Source of the DNA: Thermodesulfobacteriota bacterium
Lineage (GTDB): Bacteria > Desulfobacterota_D > UBA1144 > Nemesobacterales > CSP1-2
Direction of reading: 5' to 3'
DNA: 64,000 bases
Assembly (NCBI GenBank): GCA_049682815.1
Contig: JBAUII010000078.1
Span: 37,763-101,762 of the forward strand
In this document: positions 17,988 to 27,395 of the stretch, piece after piece
Layout of the letters: every line of letters starts with the position of its first letter
Numbering within the stretch: the stretch's first letter is position 1
The notes under the pieces: generated by a model
Seen by the model: the letters and a program-made list of their open reading frames with translations, nothing else
Database searches by the model: none
What the model was told of the DNA's origin: nothing
Made by a program: the position numbers and the translations under genes

Positions 17988-19604
17988 CTATTTTTTTTCT
18001 TCTTCTCTCATGTCTATAAACCTTCCCTTAGGCATAAGGAATGCTGAAATAAAAGCAACTACTGCTATGAATAATCCGGTTAAAAATACGTTTCGTAGTG
18101 AGCTAGCTAACAAATGCGTTAATGCATCATGGATTTCAGGGGATAAAAAACTCCTTGCTTCGGGGTTTACAATCAAATCTGGATTCTTTAGGTAGTGCAA
18201 TTCCGAGGCCGCAAATGACTTTGAAAGTGAGCCGGTTCCATATAGCATAGTGGTACTCAGGACCATTCCCATTACACTTACTCCGATCGTAGCACCCATA
18301 GAGCGGAAGAACTGAGTTGCGGAGGTAGCGATTCCGAGCCTCGATCTAGGAACGGAATTCTGAACGGCAAGGAGTAAGGGAATGAAGATCATACCCATTC
18401 CCGTCCCAAGGATAAGCAATACTACTATTGTACCACCGTGCGATGTATCCTTACTCATACCGCTCAGAAGAAAAAATCCAATAGACAATAGAGCAGTGCC
18501 AATTATAATGATCTGTCGATAACCAAATCGAAGCATGAATTTCCCCGAGATGCTTGAGAAAAAAACCCAACTCAGTAACAATGGCGTAAGAATGGTTCCC
18601 GCTTGCGTAGCATTCGTTCCAATCACCCCTTGAATAAATAAAGGTATGAATGATATTGACCCGAACATTGCCATTCCCACGAGGAAGCCGGTGATGACGG
18701 ATGTCTTGAAAAATGGGTTTGAAAACAATTCGAGCGGGAGGATTGGATCTTTCGCAAGCTTCTGTGTTTTGATAAATAGCCACATTAAAGGGATGCATGA
18801 TACCAGCATCAGAGTTACAACCAGAGAGTGTAGGCTGTCTCCCTTGCCGATCTGTGTCAGACCAATTAGAAAAAGCGAGACAAGCGCAGTCAACACTGTC
18901 GCTCCCTTAATATCAAGGAATACTTTCCTGTTAGTAACTGTGTTTTCTTTGAGTGCAAACCATATTACTGATACGGCTATGATTCCGAAAGGAATATTAA
19001 GGTAAAAAACCCATCTCCACGAAAATTGATCTGTAATAACTCCTCCTAGAATTGGTCCAACAATGCTAGAAAGGCCCCAAACCCCGCCGAAAAGGCCCTG
19101 CACCCTTGCCCTTTCCTTTAATGAGAACATTTCTCCGACGATTATCATTCCCAAGGTCAAAAGGGCTCCGCCGCCGAATCCCTGAAGTGCACGAAATAAA
19201 ATTAAAGCATTCATGGACTTTGATTGTCCCGAGAGTGCAGATCCTATAAGGAATATGGCAATGCCGATAATGTAGAACCTTTTCCTCCCATAAAGGTCTG
19301 ACAGTCTTCCCCAGAAGGGCAGCGAAATAGTCGAGGTCAGAACATAGGCGGAAAAGACCCAACTGTAGATGCTCAGGCCCCCCAGACTTGAGACAACAGT
19401 AGGCATTGCGGTGCTAACAGCCGTAGCTTCAAGCGCACTTAGAAACATTCCGATCATTAGCCCCATGGTGACAAACATTCTCCTGGATTTGGAGATCATG
19501 GGAAACTGTAACGCAGCTTCGGGCAGATCTGGGGTGGACAGGTTTTCAGGCGCATCAAATCGTACAAAGTTAGCCGAGTCATTTCCCAGGGCTCTTTTTT
19601 TCAT
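17988..19604 (-). CDS. MFS transporter (DHA2-like, 14 TM)
   Basis: 538 aa with multiple TM helices and MFS signature-like GRLSDLYGRKR. Confidence 0.8.
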   Translation of the reverse strand: MKKRALGNDSANFVRFDAPENLSTPDLPEAALQFPMISKSRRMFVTMGLMIGMFLSALEATAVSTAMPTVVSSLGGLSIYSWVFSAYVLTSTISLPFWGRLSDLYGRKRFYIIGIAIFLIGSALSGQSKSMNALILFRALQGFGGGALLTLGMIIVGEMFSLKERARVQGLFGGVWGLSSIVGPILGGVITDQFSWRWVFYLNIPFGIIAVSVIWFALKENTVTNRKVFLDIKGATVLTALVSLFLIGLTQIGKGDSLHSLVVTLMLVSCIPLMWLFIKTQKLAKDPILPLELFSNPFFKTSVITGFLVGMAMFGSISFIPLFIQGVIGTNATQAGTILTPLLLSWVFFSSISGKFMLRFGYRQIIIIGTALLSIGFFLLSGMSKDTSHGGTIVVLLILGTGMGMIFIPLLLAVQNSVPRSRLGIATSATQFFRSMGATIGVSVMGMVLSTTMLYGTGSLSKSFAASELHYLKNPDLIVNPEARSFLSPEIHDALTHLLASSLRNVFLTGLFIAVVAFISAFLMPKGRFIDMREEEKK

Positions 19605-19925
19605 ATGTACTCCGGTTGAACGTGGGTTGTATCTTTACTTGACACTTACATATTTCAATTAAATCTTATTCCGAGCAAGGCTAAACATTGGGTTTGTCAT
19701 TGTTAATCTATGTTCTTTTGCCATACTTATTGCCCCGAAAATAATCATCAATTGCTGAATCACATGATAATGAATCGATTGGCGGTTGAGGAAATCTAAG
19801 AATGTTTGTTAAGTATCTGGCAAATTTTTCGTTCCGTGCTTATTATACCTAGTTAATTAACATATTTAATAGATCCGTAACATTTTCTTTGATTTTTAGT
19901 TACTAAAATATAAAATCTAATCTGC

Positions 19926-20510
19926 ATGCAGATGGAAACTGATATCGAGCTCATGAGGAGAGTCAAATCAGGGGACGACAGTGCGTTCACAGAATTAATG
20001 AAAAGACACTACAAGTCTATTATGAATTATATATATCGTTTTACTAATGATAGAAATGATTCAGAAGACTTAGCCCAAGAAGTCTTTTTAAGGGTTTACC
20101 GATCGGTAAAGGAATACAAACCGCAGGCTAAATTTTCCACATGGCTCTATAAAATTGCAACGAATGTGTGCCTAACTGAAATAAAAGTGAAAGGCAGAAT
20201 GAATAAAGTGAGTTTAGATGAAATTCAGGAGAATAAGCAGGATATCGGAGATTCGAACTCCCCGAGTGGTTATGATTTGATCAACAGAAGGGACATTAAG
20301 GATAGCATTTTTCAAGCATTAAATTCAATACCTGAGAAGGAGAGGATTTCGATTATTCTTTGCAAATACGAAGGGTTGTCCTACGATGAGGTAGCCGGTG
20401 TAATAGGATGCACCGTGGGCGCTGTTAAGACATATATTCATAGAGGAAGAATGAAACTGATCGAAAAATTAAAACCAATTTTGGAAGAGAGGGGAGAAAA
20501 TGAATTGTGA
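19926..20510 (+). CDS. RNA polymerase ECF-type sigma-70 factor
   Basis: The sigma-2 region (DLAQEVFLRVYR) and sigma-4 region (LSYDEVAGVIGCTVGAVKTYIHRGR) are conserved. Confidence 0.85.
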   Translation: MQMETDIELMRRVKSGDDSAFTELMKRHYKSIMNYIYRFTNDRNDSEDLAQEVFLRVYRSVKEYKPQAKFSTWLYKIATNVCLTEIKVKGRMNKVSLDEIQENKQDIGDSNSPSGYDLINRRDIKDSIFQALNSIPEKERISIILCKYEGLSYDEVAGVIGCTVGAVKTYIHRGRMKLIEKLKPILEERGENEL

Positions 20511-20991
20511 GAATTTCAAGGACTTGATACTCGATTACACTATCGATGACCTAGACGAGTCACGGACGCACGAGTTGAAAGTACATTTAGACGTGTGCAA
20601 AGAATGTAATGAATTTCTGTCATTCGCAGACCTAGAATGGAAGTTACTGGATAAATGGGAAGGGATCGAACCAAAAGACGACTATATAACAAAGTTTTGG
20701 GAAAGATCGAATCATCGGGAAGAAGGTCGTAAACCATCGTTATTCAATCTCTTTAACTACCGGGTGCCGAATTGGTCGTATATATCCGTTGTGTCTCTAT
20801 TCCTCATTATCTTTGTCGTTGCAATTGTATATGTGACGACGGAAAATAGTGTAGTTAAGTATACGGAGAAGGACAGAGAGGACGAAGAGCTACTATTCGA
20901 AGTTGACAGAACAATATCTTTCGACAGTGCGGACATGTTGGAGATCTATGGGCTTTGGAAGGTTGGCAACGACAGCAACAAGGGAGGGTAG
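20500..20991 (+). CDS. Putative anti-sigma factor (zinc-finger HxxxCxxC, single TM)
   Basis: It overlaps the sigma gene by 11 nt. HLDVCKEC motif and a central TM helix are present. Confidence 0.6.
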   Translation: MNCENFKDLILDYTIDDLDESRTHELKVHLDVCKECNEFLSFADLEWKLLDKWEGIEPKDDYITKFWERSNHREEGRKPSLFNLFNYRVPNWSYISVVSLFLIIFVVAIVYVTTENSVVKYTEKDREDEELLFEVDRTISFDSADMLEIYGLWKVGNDSNKGG

Positions 20992-20994
20992 GAA

Positions 20995-21414
20995 TTGAAA
21001 AAGACTTGCTTCATTATTTTATCTTTAATCTTGTTTTACTCACTAAACGCTTACAGTCATGGCGGCTTTGGGAGTGCCAAGTGGTGGAAAGATGCCGAAG
21101 TTGTCAAGGAACTTAATTTAACAAACGATCAAGTCAACCTCATAGAGCAAATATTCAACAGTAACAAAGGCCAAATAGCAGACTTGAATTCACTACTAAA
21201 ACAGAAACAATCAGAGTTCCGATCGAAGATCGAAGACCCAAATTCAAGTCGGGATGAAGTTCTGGAACTAAATGATGAGGTGGTGCACTTAAAGACAAAG
21301 TTGAAAAGACTCAGGCTAGATATGTTATTAAAAATAAGAGAAGTACTGACACCGGAACAAAGGCAAAACCTACACAAAATCAGGTTCACCGAATTTAAGA
21401 AGAAACATAAATAA
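20995..21414 (+). CDS. Periplasmic Spy/CpxP-like LTxxQ-motif protein
   Basis: Signal peptide, two LTxxQ motifs (LTNDQ, LTPEQ), helical and basic. Confidence 0.6.
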   Translation: MKKTCFIILSLILFYSLNAYSHGGFGSAKWWKDAEVVKELNLTNDQVNLIEQIFNSNKGQIADLNSLLKQKQSEFRSKIEDPNSSRDEVLELNDEVVHLKTKLKRLRLDMLLKIREVLTPEQRQNLHKIRFTEFKKKHK

Positions 21415-21557
21415 GCCGTTTCGACCCTCAAACCATTCAACGGAATATAATCCTTGAGGGCTATAGCTGTTAGCTATTTCTTCAGCCGACTTAACACAAG
21501 TCGATGAGTATTATTTACACGGTTACACATTTCAATTAGAATTTTAGTCGGGTAATT

Positions 21558-23567
21558 GTGTTAAATCTCTTTAAAATTAAGACGGATTTCTCTCCTAAAG
21601 GTGATCAGCCATCGGCCATAGATAAGCTTACAAAAGGTGTCCTTAAGGGCTTTAAGCATCAAGTACTGCTAGGAGTGACAGGAAGTGGCAAGACCTTCAC
21701 TATTGCAAAAGTCATCGCTAATCTGGACAAGCCAACGTTAATTATTGCGCATAATAAGACACTTGCCGCACAATTGTATGGGGAACTCAAAGAGCTGTTT
21801 CCGGAAAATGCGGTGCATTACTTTGTCAGCTACTATGATTATTATCAACCCGAAGCCTATATCCCGGAAACGGACACCTATATAGAGAAGGATGCATCTA
21901 TAAATGAACATATCGATAGACTAAGACACGCGGCAACCTCATCGCTCTTCGATAGAAGAGACGTAATTATAGTTGCAAGCGTTTCGTGTATTTATGGTAT
22001 AGGCTCTCCCGACGACTATTACGGTATGCTTACCATAATTGAGGAAGGGATGGCTTTCGAGAGGGACGAGTTTCTTAGGAAGCTTGCCGATGCGCATTAT
22101 GAAAGGAGCAACAACGAATTTTACAGAGGTAGTTTTACCGTCAGAGGCGACTCGGTAGAGCTCTTTCCATCTCACGAAGAGTCGATAGCGTTAAGGGTGG
22201 AATTTTTTGGTAATTATGTCGAATCAATAAAAGAGATCGAACCATTAAGAAGGAAAACGATAAGAAATATAAAAAAAGCTATCATATATCCGAACACACA
22301 TTATGTTGCGCCAACGGAGAAAGTAATTCGTGCAATAAAAGGTATAAAGGAAGAGCTAATAGAGAGAATAGCCTACTTTGAATATCGGGGAATGACCTTG
22401 GAAAAGAAACGAATAGAGGAAAAAACAAATTATGATCTCGAACTCCTCTCTACAATCGGTTTCTGCCCGGGGATCGAAAACTATTCAAGGCACCTATCGG
22501 GGAGGAGACCAGGGGAACCTCCTTGGACGCTATTGGACTATTTTCCAAAGGATTCGTTATTTATAATAGATGAAAGTCATCAAACAGTCCCGCAGCTTAG
22601 GGGAATGTATGAGGGCGACAGGAGCAGGAAGCTAACTCTGGTGGAGCACGGCTTTAGGCTTCCCTCCGCTATCGACAACCGACCACTTAACTTCTCTGAG
22701 TTTGAGGAAAAGATCAATCAAGTGATTTTTGTCTCGGCTACCCCCGGGCCATATGAGCTTTCGAAATGTAACACGGAGGTTGTTCAACAGATCATTCGCC
22801 CCACCGGACTGGCTGATCCTGAGATAGAAATACGACCCGCAGAGAATCAGGTGGACGATCTTCTAGAGGAAATAAAAAAGACGGTAGAAATGTCCGATCG
22901 GGTCCTTATAACTACTCTTACCAAACGCATGGCAGAGGATTTGGCCGAATATTATAGACGACTCGGTGTAAGGGTAAGGTATATACATTCCGACATTGAG
23001 ACACTGGAGAGGATTAGAATCATAAGGGACCTCAGGGTTGGGGTTTTTGATGTTCTAATAGGGATCAATCTTCTGCGCGAAGGTCTTGATATACCTGAGC
23101 TGTCCCTTGTTGCTGTATTAGATGCGGACAAGGAAGGATACCTCCGTTCAGAAACATCCCTGATACAGATCTTCGGCCGAGCTGCCCGCAATATACGGGG
23201 AAAGGTTATAATGTACGCAGATACGATAACAAGGTCGATGTCGAGGGCAATATATGAAACCCGCCGACGGAGGGAAATTCAAATAGCATTCAACAAGTCA
23301 AATCATATCACACCAAGGAGTATCGAGAAGAGGATAAGCGATATACTCGCTTCTATATACGAAGCAGACTATTTCACTGTTCCAAAGGATGATGAGGGTG
23401 AGATATTAGAAGTTGCTCCTGAAAAGATTCCGGGCCTTATTAAGACACTCACAGAGGAGATGAAACTCGCTGCGAATAAGCTCGAGTTTGAGAATGCAGC
23501 CCGCAGCAGAGACAAGATAAAGAGACTCCGTGATCTGGAAATTAAATACCTGGGGGAGATAAAGTGA
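21558..23567 (+). CDS. uvrB: Excinuclease ABC subunit B
   Basis: GVTGSGKTF Walker A, helicase motifs and a C-terminal UvrB/UvrC interaction region. Confidence 0.95.
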   Translation: MLNLFKIKTDFSPKGDQPSAIDKLTKGVLKGFKHQVLLGVTGSGKTFTIAKVIANLDKPTLIIAHNKTLAAQLYGELKELFPENAVHYFVSYYDYYQPEAYIPETDTYIEKDASINEHIDRLRHAATSSLFDRRDVIIVASVSCIYGIGSPDDYYGMLTIIEEGMAFERDEFLRKLADAHYERSNNEFYRGSFTVRGDSVELFPSHEESIALRVEFFGNYVESIKEIEPLRRKTIRNIKKAIIYPNTHYVAPTEKVIRAIKGIKEELIERIAYFEYRGMTLEKKRIEEKTNYDLELLSTIGFCPGIENYSRHLSGRRPGEPPWTLLDYFPKDSLFIIDESHQTVPQLRGMYEGDRSRKLTLVEHGFRLPSAIDNRPLNFSEFEEKINQVIFVSATPGPYELSKCNTEVVQQIIRPTGLADPEIEIRPAENQVDDLLEEIKKTVEMSDRVLITTLTKRMAEDLAEYYRRLGVRVRYIHSDIETLERIRIIRDLRVGVFDVLIGINLLREGLDIPELSLVAVLDADKEGYLRSETSLIQIFGRAARNIRGKVIMYADTITRSMSRAIYETRRRREIQIAFNKSNHITPRSIEKRISDILASIYEADYFTVPKDDEGEILEVAPEKIPGLIKTLTEEMKLAANKLEFENAARSRDKIKRLRDLEIKYLGEIK

Positions 23568-25618
23568 ACCTATCGCAGGCACAGGTTTTGTTCACGCATC
23601 TGATCGCTCTGTTAGGGTTTTTTTCAATATGGATTACGGGGGCGGTCAATGATCTATCGGCCATCGTTTTTGTGGCAGCGTTAACTTTTAGCTTCATCAA
23701 TTCAAAGAGTCCCAGACAATACTATATAAACGAAAGCCTATCTACATTCCTCGCTATATCGCTTGTAGTCTATGTTTTAATGAGCTTCTTTCTTCTTGGG
23801 GTCGAAGTCTTCAAGGCAATTTTAATTTTTTTGATCTATACCCAGATCATTAAACTTCTCGCAAGGAAGACAATAAGAGATATTGTTCAAATCTACATAC
23901 TGAGTTTCTTTCAATTCCTTGCTGGGTCTGTGGTTGCTATAAATTTTGGCTATGGAGTTGCATTCGTAGCGTACGTCGCAGTATCTCTTTCTGCGATGGT
24001 TATTCTTAATATCACAAAAGAATCTCATGATACTTCTAGCAAAGAGGATCCTAACTTTGTTACTGGAAAATTTTTAAGTACCACAGCTTTGATCGGTATC
24101 TGCGTTTTAGTATTTACTGCAATGATCTTTATTTCTGTCCCAAGAATTAGAACAGGTTTTTTTATGAGTAATTTTATGAGACCCGAATCATTGAGAACCG
24201 GATTCTCAGATGAAGTAAAACTAGGACAGGTTGGACAAATTAAGTACGATACTTCGCCCGTGATGCGGGTAATGATTTTAAACAAGGAGATAAAACGGGT
24301 TCCAAGACCTATTTATTGGAGAGGCATAGCGCTTGATCAATTTGATGGAACTCATTGGAGAGCCAGTAATCGCAACTATCGAACCATCAGAAAAAAAATC
24401 GATGGAGAAACAATGGTAAAGCACTCGGGAAATAAATTATTAGCCCAGGAGATATTAACTGAACCAATAGACACGGATATTCTATTTTCAGCTAACGTTC
24501 CTGTTGGCTTTCAAGGCCTAGAGGGAAGTATGATCACTGAGATAAATGACTCATACATTCTTCCGAATAAGACATCCTATAAGCTCAAATACTTAGCATA
24601 CTCAGATTTGCAAGTCCCGGAGGCCTATGACTTGAGAACCGACCAAGGGGAATATCCAGCTGAGATAATGAATAGTTATCTCCAACTACCAATTCTAAAT
24701 AAAAAAATTCAAGATCTTGCAAAACAGTTGACAATGGACAAAACCAATCCATATGATAGGGCGATTTCTATCAAAAATTATCTTCAAAACAATTTAAAAT
24801 ATACGAGAACCTTAGAAAAGGGAACCAGCGAATTCCCGTTAGATGATTTTCTATTCGAAAATAAGGCTGGACATTGTGAATACTTTGCTACATCCATGAC
24901 AGTTATGCTAAGGGCTCTGGGTATTCCTTCAAGAGTCGTTAATGGATTTATTGATGGTCAGTGGAATGCACTCGGCGACTTTTTTTTAATAAGAGAAAGC
25001 GATGCCCACTCCTGGGTAGAGGTCTATTTCCCGACAAATGGTTGGGTTAGTTTCGATCCAACACCAGAGAGTGCGGACCCAGATGCGGAAATGGGTGCCT
25101 TTTATTTCTTTAGTTCATATTTAGACTACTTGAAATTCCGTTGGAGTAGGTATGTAATAGATTATGATCAAAAGGATCAAAATCAATTCTTCAGTCATCT
25201 GAGGAGCAAGTGGGTCTGGCAAAAGAGAAAATTACAAACTAAGAGTTTTAGTGAACTCTTGGTTGGTAAGAGATGGTTGATAGCATTAGGCATTTTGACT
25301 TTTACCGCCTTGTTATTCTTGAAAACGCCCGTATTCACAAGACTGCCTAAGCTTCGAGAAAGCGACACTGAGAAAAGAGCCTCTTCAATTTACAAAAAAG
25401 CGCTCTACATGTTGTCTAAGAAGGGATTTAAAAAGCACGATTATATGACGCCAAGAGAATTTGCTAAAGCCGTAAGCCTAGATGACAATTCAGCATCGAA
25501 TACCTTTCGAGCTTTGACAGAGGAATATTTGGAGCTCAGGTTTGGCAAATCTAATGTCGATGAGAAGATTAAAAATTTAGAAAGGCTACTTCTTATTTTG
25601 AGAAACGATATTATATAG
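23564..25618 (+). CDS. Transglutaminase-like domain membrane protein (TgpA-like)
   Basis: N-terminal polytopic region. Transglutaminase core with Cys (GHCEYFAT), His (DAHSWVEVY) and Asp (FDPTP). Confidence 0.8.
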   Translation: MNLSQAQVLFTHLIALLGFFSIWITGAVNDLSAIVFVAALTFSFINSKSPRQYYINESLSTFLAISLVVYVLMSFFLLGVEVFKAILIFLIYTQIIKLLARKTIRDIVQIYILSFFQFLAGSVVAINFGYGVAFVAYVAVSLSAMVILNITKESHDTSSKEDPNFVTGKFLSTTALIGICVLVFTAMIFISVPRIRTGFFMSNFMRPESLRTGFSDEVKLGQVGQIKYDTSPVMRVMILNKEIKRVPRPIYWRGIALDQFDGTHWRASNRNYRTIRKKIDGETMVKHSGNKLLAQEILTEPIDTDILFSANVPVGFQGLEGSMITEINDSYILPNKTSYKLKYLAYSDLQVPEAYDLRTDQGEYPAEIMNSYLQLPILNKKIQDLAKQLTMDKTNPYDRAISIKNYLQNNLKYTRTLEKGTSEFPLDDFLFENKAGHCEYFATSMTVMLRALGIPSRVVNGFIDGQWNALGDFFLIRESDAHSWVEVYFPTNGWVSFDPTPESADPDAEMGAFYFFSSYLDYLKFRWSRYVIDYDQKDQNQFFSHLRSKWVWQKRKLQTKSFSELLVGKRWLIALGILTFTALLFLKTPVFTRLPKLRESDTEKRASSIYKKALYMLSKKGFKKHDYMTPREFAKAVSLDDNSASNTFRALTEEYLELRFGKSNVDEKIKNLERLLLILRNDII

Positions 25619-25642
25619 CCCTTTTTTACTCGGCTACCATCT

Positions 25643-25863
25643 GTCATTCCCGAGGACTGTTATCGGAAATCCATATTGTCATCGCGAAGCGCAAAGCCCT
25701 GTGGCGATCTCCTCCCTATCGCTCGAAAAACTAGGATACTTTGACGAATAAAAAGAAGAAAACAAGAAGGGTGAAGTTAACGACAAAGGAAGTAACAAAG
25801 ACAATCTAAAAAACAGCAGGGGAAAAGACCAAAAACAAAAATAGCTCATTTATTCATGACCCC
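25643..25863 (+). repeat. Repeat family copy A, about 220 bp. It shares the 5' block gtcattcccgaggactgttatcgg..gcgaag..ccctgtggcgatctcct and the 3' block aaaaacaaaaatagctcatttattcatgacccc with copies B and C.
   Basis: Direct alignment by eye with 26796-26940 (same orientation) and with the reverse complement of 29321-29532. Confidence 0.75.
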
Positions 25864-26010
25864 AGAGATTCTTCGCGGGCAAGACTTGCTGGGATAACAT
25901 GAGCCTTCGCTGGGAAGAGGTGGTAGCTGTGTCGGGTGGATGCAGTGTTGGGCCGCAATGTTTAAAGTACGCTAATAACGACCATCCTTTTCCGATGCAT
26001 GCGGGAGAAG

Positions 26011-26490
26011 TTAATCTGTAGCGCCCTTTGTTTGATTGGTGAGGTAATTCTCGAGACCCATCTGCCCGATTTGCTCACGTTGCATTTCTGCCCAATCCAC
26101 ATGATCCTCTTCCATCTTGAGAATGCGGGTCAACAGGTCAACACTGCTCTGGTCACCCACTTCGTGCGCCAGGGCGATGGCATCATTGTAAGCATGCACG
26201 GCTGCAAGTTCAGCATCCTGGTCGCCCGTAATAATTTCAAGGACAGTTGTGCCGACTTTGATCGGATTGAGCTTTGAGACAATCGGTGTGCCCTCTAGAA
26301 AGAGGATACGCTGGATAAGCCACTCAGCGTGGTGCATCTCGTCCTTTGCTTGTCCCTCAATGGCCTTGTGGAGCTTATCATAGCCCCAATTGTCGCACAT
26401 CTCCGAGTGCACCATGTATTGATTGATTGCAGTGAGCTCATCCGCGAGGAGTTGGTTGAGCACTGCCAGTAACTTTTCGTTGCCTTTCAT
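26011..26490 (-). CDS. bfr: Bacterioferritin
   Basis: MKGNEKLLAVLNQLLADELTAINQYMVHSEM... is typical of Bfr. The start is assigned to the ATG preceded by the AAGGAAGG RBS rather than the longer track ORF. Confidence 0.85.
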   Translation of the reverse strand: MKGNEKLLAVLNQLLADELTAINQYMVHSEMCDNWGYDKLHKAIEGQAKDEMHHAEWLIQRILFLEGTPIVSKLNPIKVGTTVLEIITGDQDAELAAVHAYNDAIALAHEVGDQSSVDLLTRILKMEEDHVDWAEMQREQIGQMGLENYLTNQTKGATD

Positions 26491-26559
26491 TTTTTTCCTT
26501 CCTTTATAAGTTGGAGTATCTGTCAAACATAGCATGAGACCAATGACAAAGTCAAAAGG

Positions 26560-26683
26560 GGTACGAAAAAAAATTGTGTAACAGCGCGTCGAGAAACTTC
26601 TCCCCGACGACTTTATTGAGGATCAAGTTCGTAAGACAATAAGGCGCGAGCACTACTCTTTTCGTACCGAAAAGAGTTATTTG
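26560..26683 (+). promoter_or_regulatory. Structured leader/attenuator-like element. A hairpin CTCTTTTCG-tac-CGAAAAGAG plus TTATTTG competes with long-range pairing GGTACGAAAA(26560-69)/TTTTCGTACC(26659-68). There is also a nested stem CGTCGAGAA..TTCTCCCCGACG.
   Basis: The complementarities are read directly. The two helices share the segment TTTTCGTACC and so are mutually exclusive. The element sits in the divergent bfr / rcnR-like intergenic region. Confidence 0.3.
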
Positions 26684-26795
26684 ACCTGAAAGAATGGAAA
26701 AAGGGGAGCATCCCCATTAATTTCGCACTCTTTCTCGTCATCGTACTTCGACTAGCCTGTACTGATTATGATCGAAGTGCTCAGTATAGACTCCA

Positions 26796-26940
26796 CTGTG
26801 GCGATCTCCTGCCTATCTGTTAAGGGACTAGGTTACTTAGACGAAATGAAACAAATGGACGAGAGGGATGAAGGTCAGGATAATTCAGAAAATACTGGGA
26901 AAGAAAAACAAAAATAACTCATTTGTTCATGCCTGACCCC
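26796..26940 (+). repeat. Repeat family copy B (3' two-thirds clearly conserved; the 5' part is degenerate)
   Basis: ctgtggcgatctcct..ctagg.tactt.gacgaa..aaaaacaaaaataactcatttgttcatgcctgacccc aligns with copy A. Confidence 0.7.
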
Positions 26941-27021
26941 CTGCCCATTCATTTAGTTTGACAGCATTCCTAGCAAAGCAGATTTCCTCTATTTGCTTCT
27001 TAATCCATTGAGAAATATACC

Positions 27022-27033
27022 ATACCGGGGTAT
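27022..27033. promoter_or_regulatory. Candidate CsoR/RcnR-type operator ATACCGGGGTAT (a G/C tract flanked by TAC/GTA inverted arms), overlapping a TATATT -10-like hexamer
   Basis: Read directly, 40-50 nt upstream of the RcnR/CsoR-family gene. It resembles the known architecture of CsoR/RcnR operators. A second GGGG tract lies at 27041-27044. Confidence 0.4.
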
Positions 27034-27074
27034 ATTATCAGGGGACACGGAACTACCAAGATGGAGAGAGAATA

Positions 27075-27353
27075 ATGGCTCATACAATCAGGGACAAAAA
27101 GAAGCTTATAAATCGAGTGCGACGTATCCGCGGTCAAGTCGAAAGCATCGAGAGGGCTCTTGAGGAAGAAAAGGATTGCTCAATTATCCTTCAGAGTATT
27201 GCTGCATGTCGTGGTGCGATTAACGGACTAATGGCCGAGATTCTGGAAGGTCACATCCGTTTCCATGTGTTCGATCCTGATCAAAACCCGACCTCAGAAC
27301 AATCTAAGGCCGCACAAGAAATAATTGATGTAGTAAAAACCTACTTAAAATAG
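27075..27353 (+). CDS. CsoR/RcnR/FrmR-family metal-sensing repressor with an RcnR-like W-X-Y-Z fingerprint H3-C35-H60-H64
   Basis: 92 aa with a helical DUF156-like pattern. His at position 3 (MAH), Cys35 (KDCS) and His60/His64 (EGHIRFH). Confidence 0.8.
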   Translation: MAHTIRDKKKLINRVRRIRGQVESIERALEEEKDCSIILQSIAACRGAINGLMAEILEGHIRFHVFDPDQNPTSEQSKAAQEIIDVVKTYLK

Positions 27354-27395
27354 ACCTATGACACCGTAAGGAGATTCATAAAAGAACAAAAGGCG

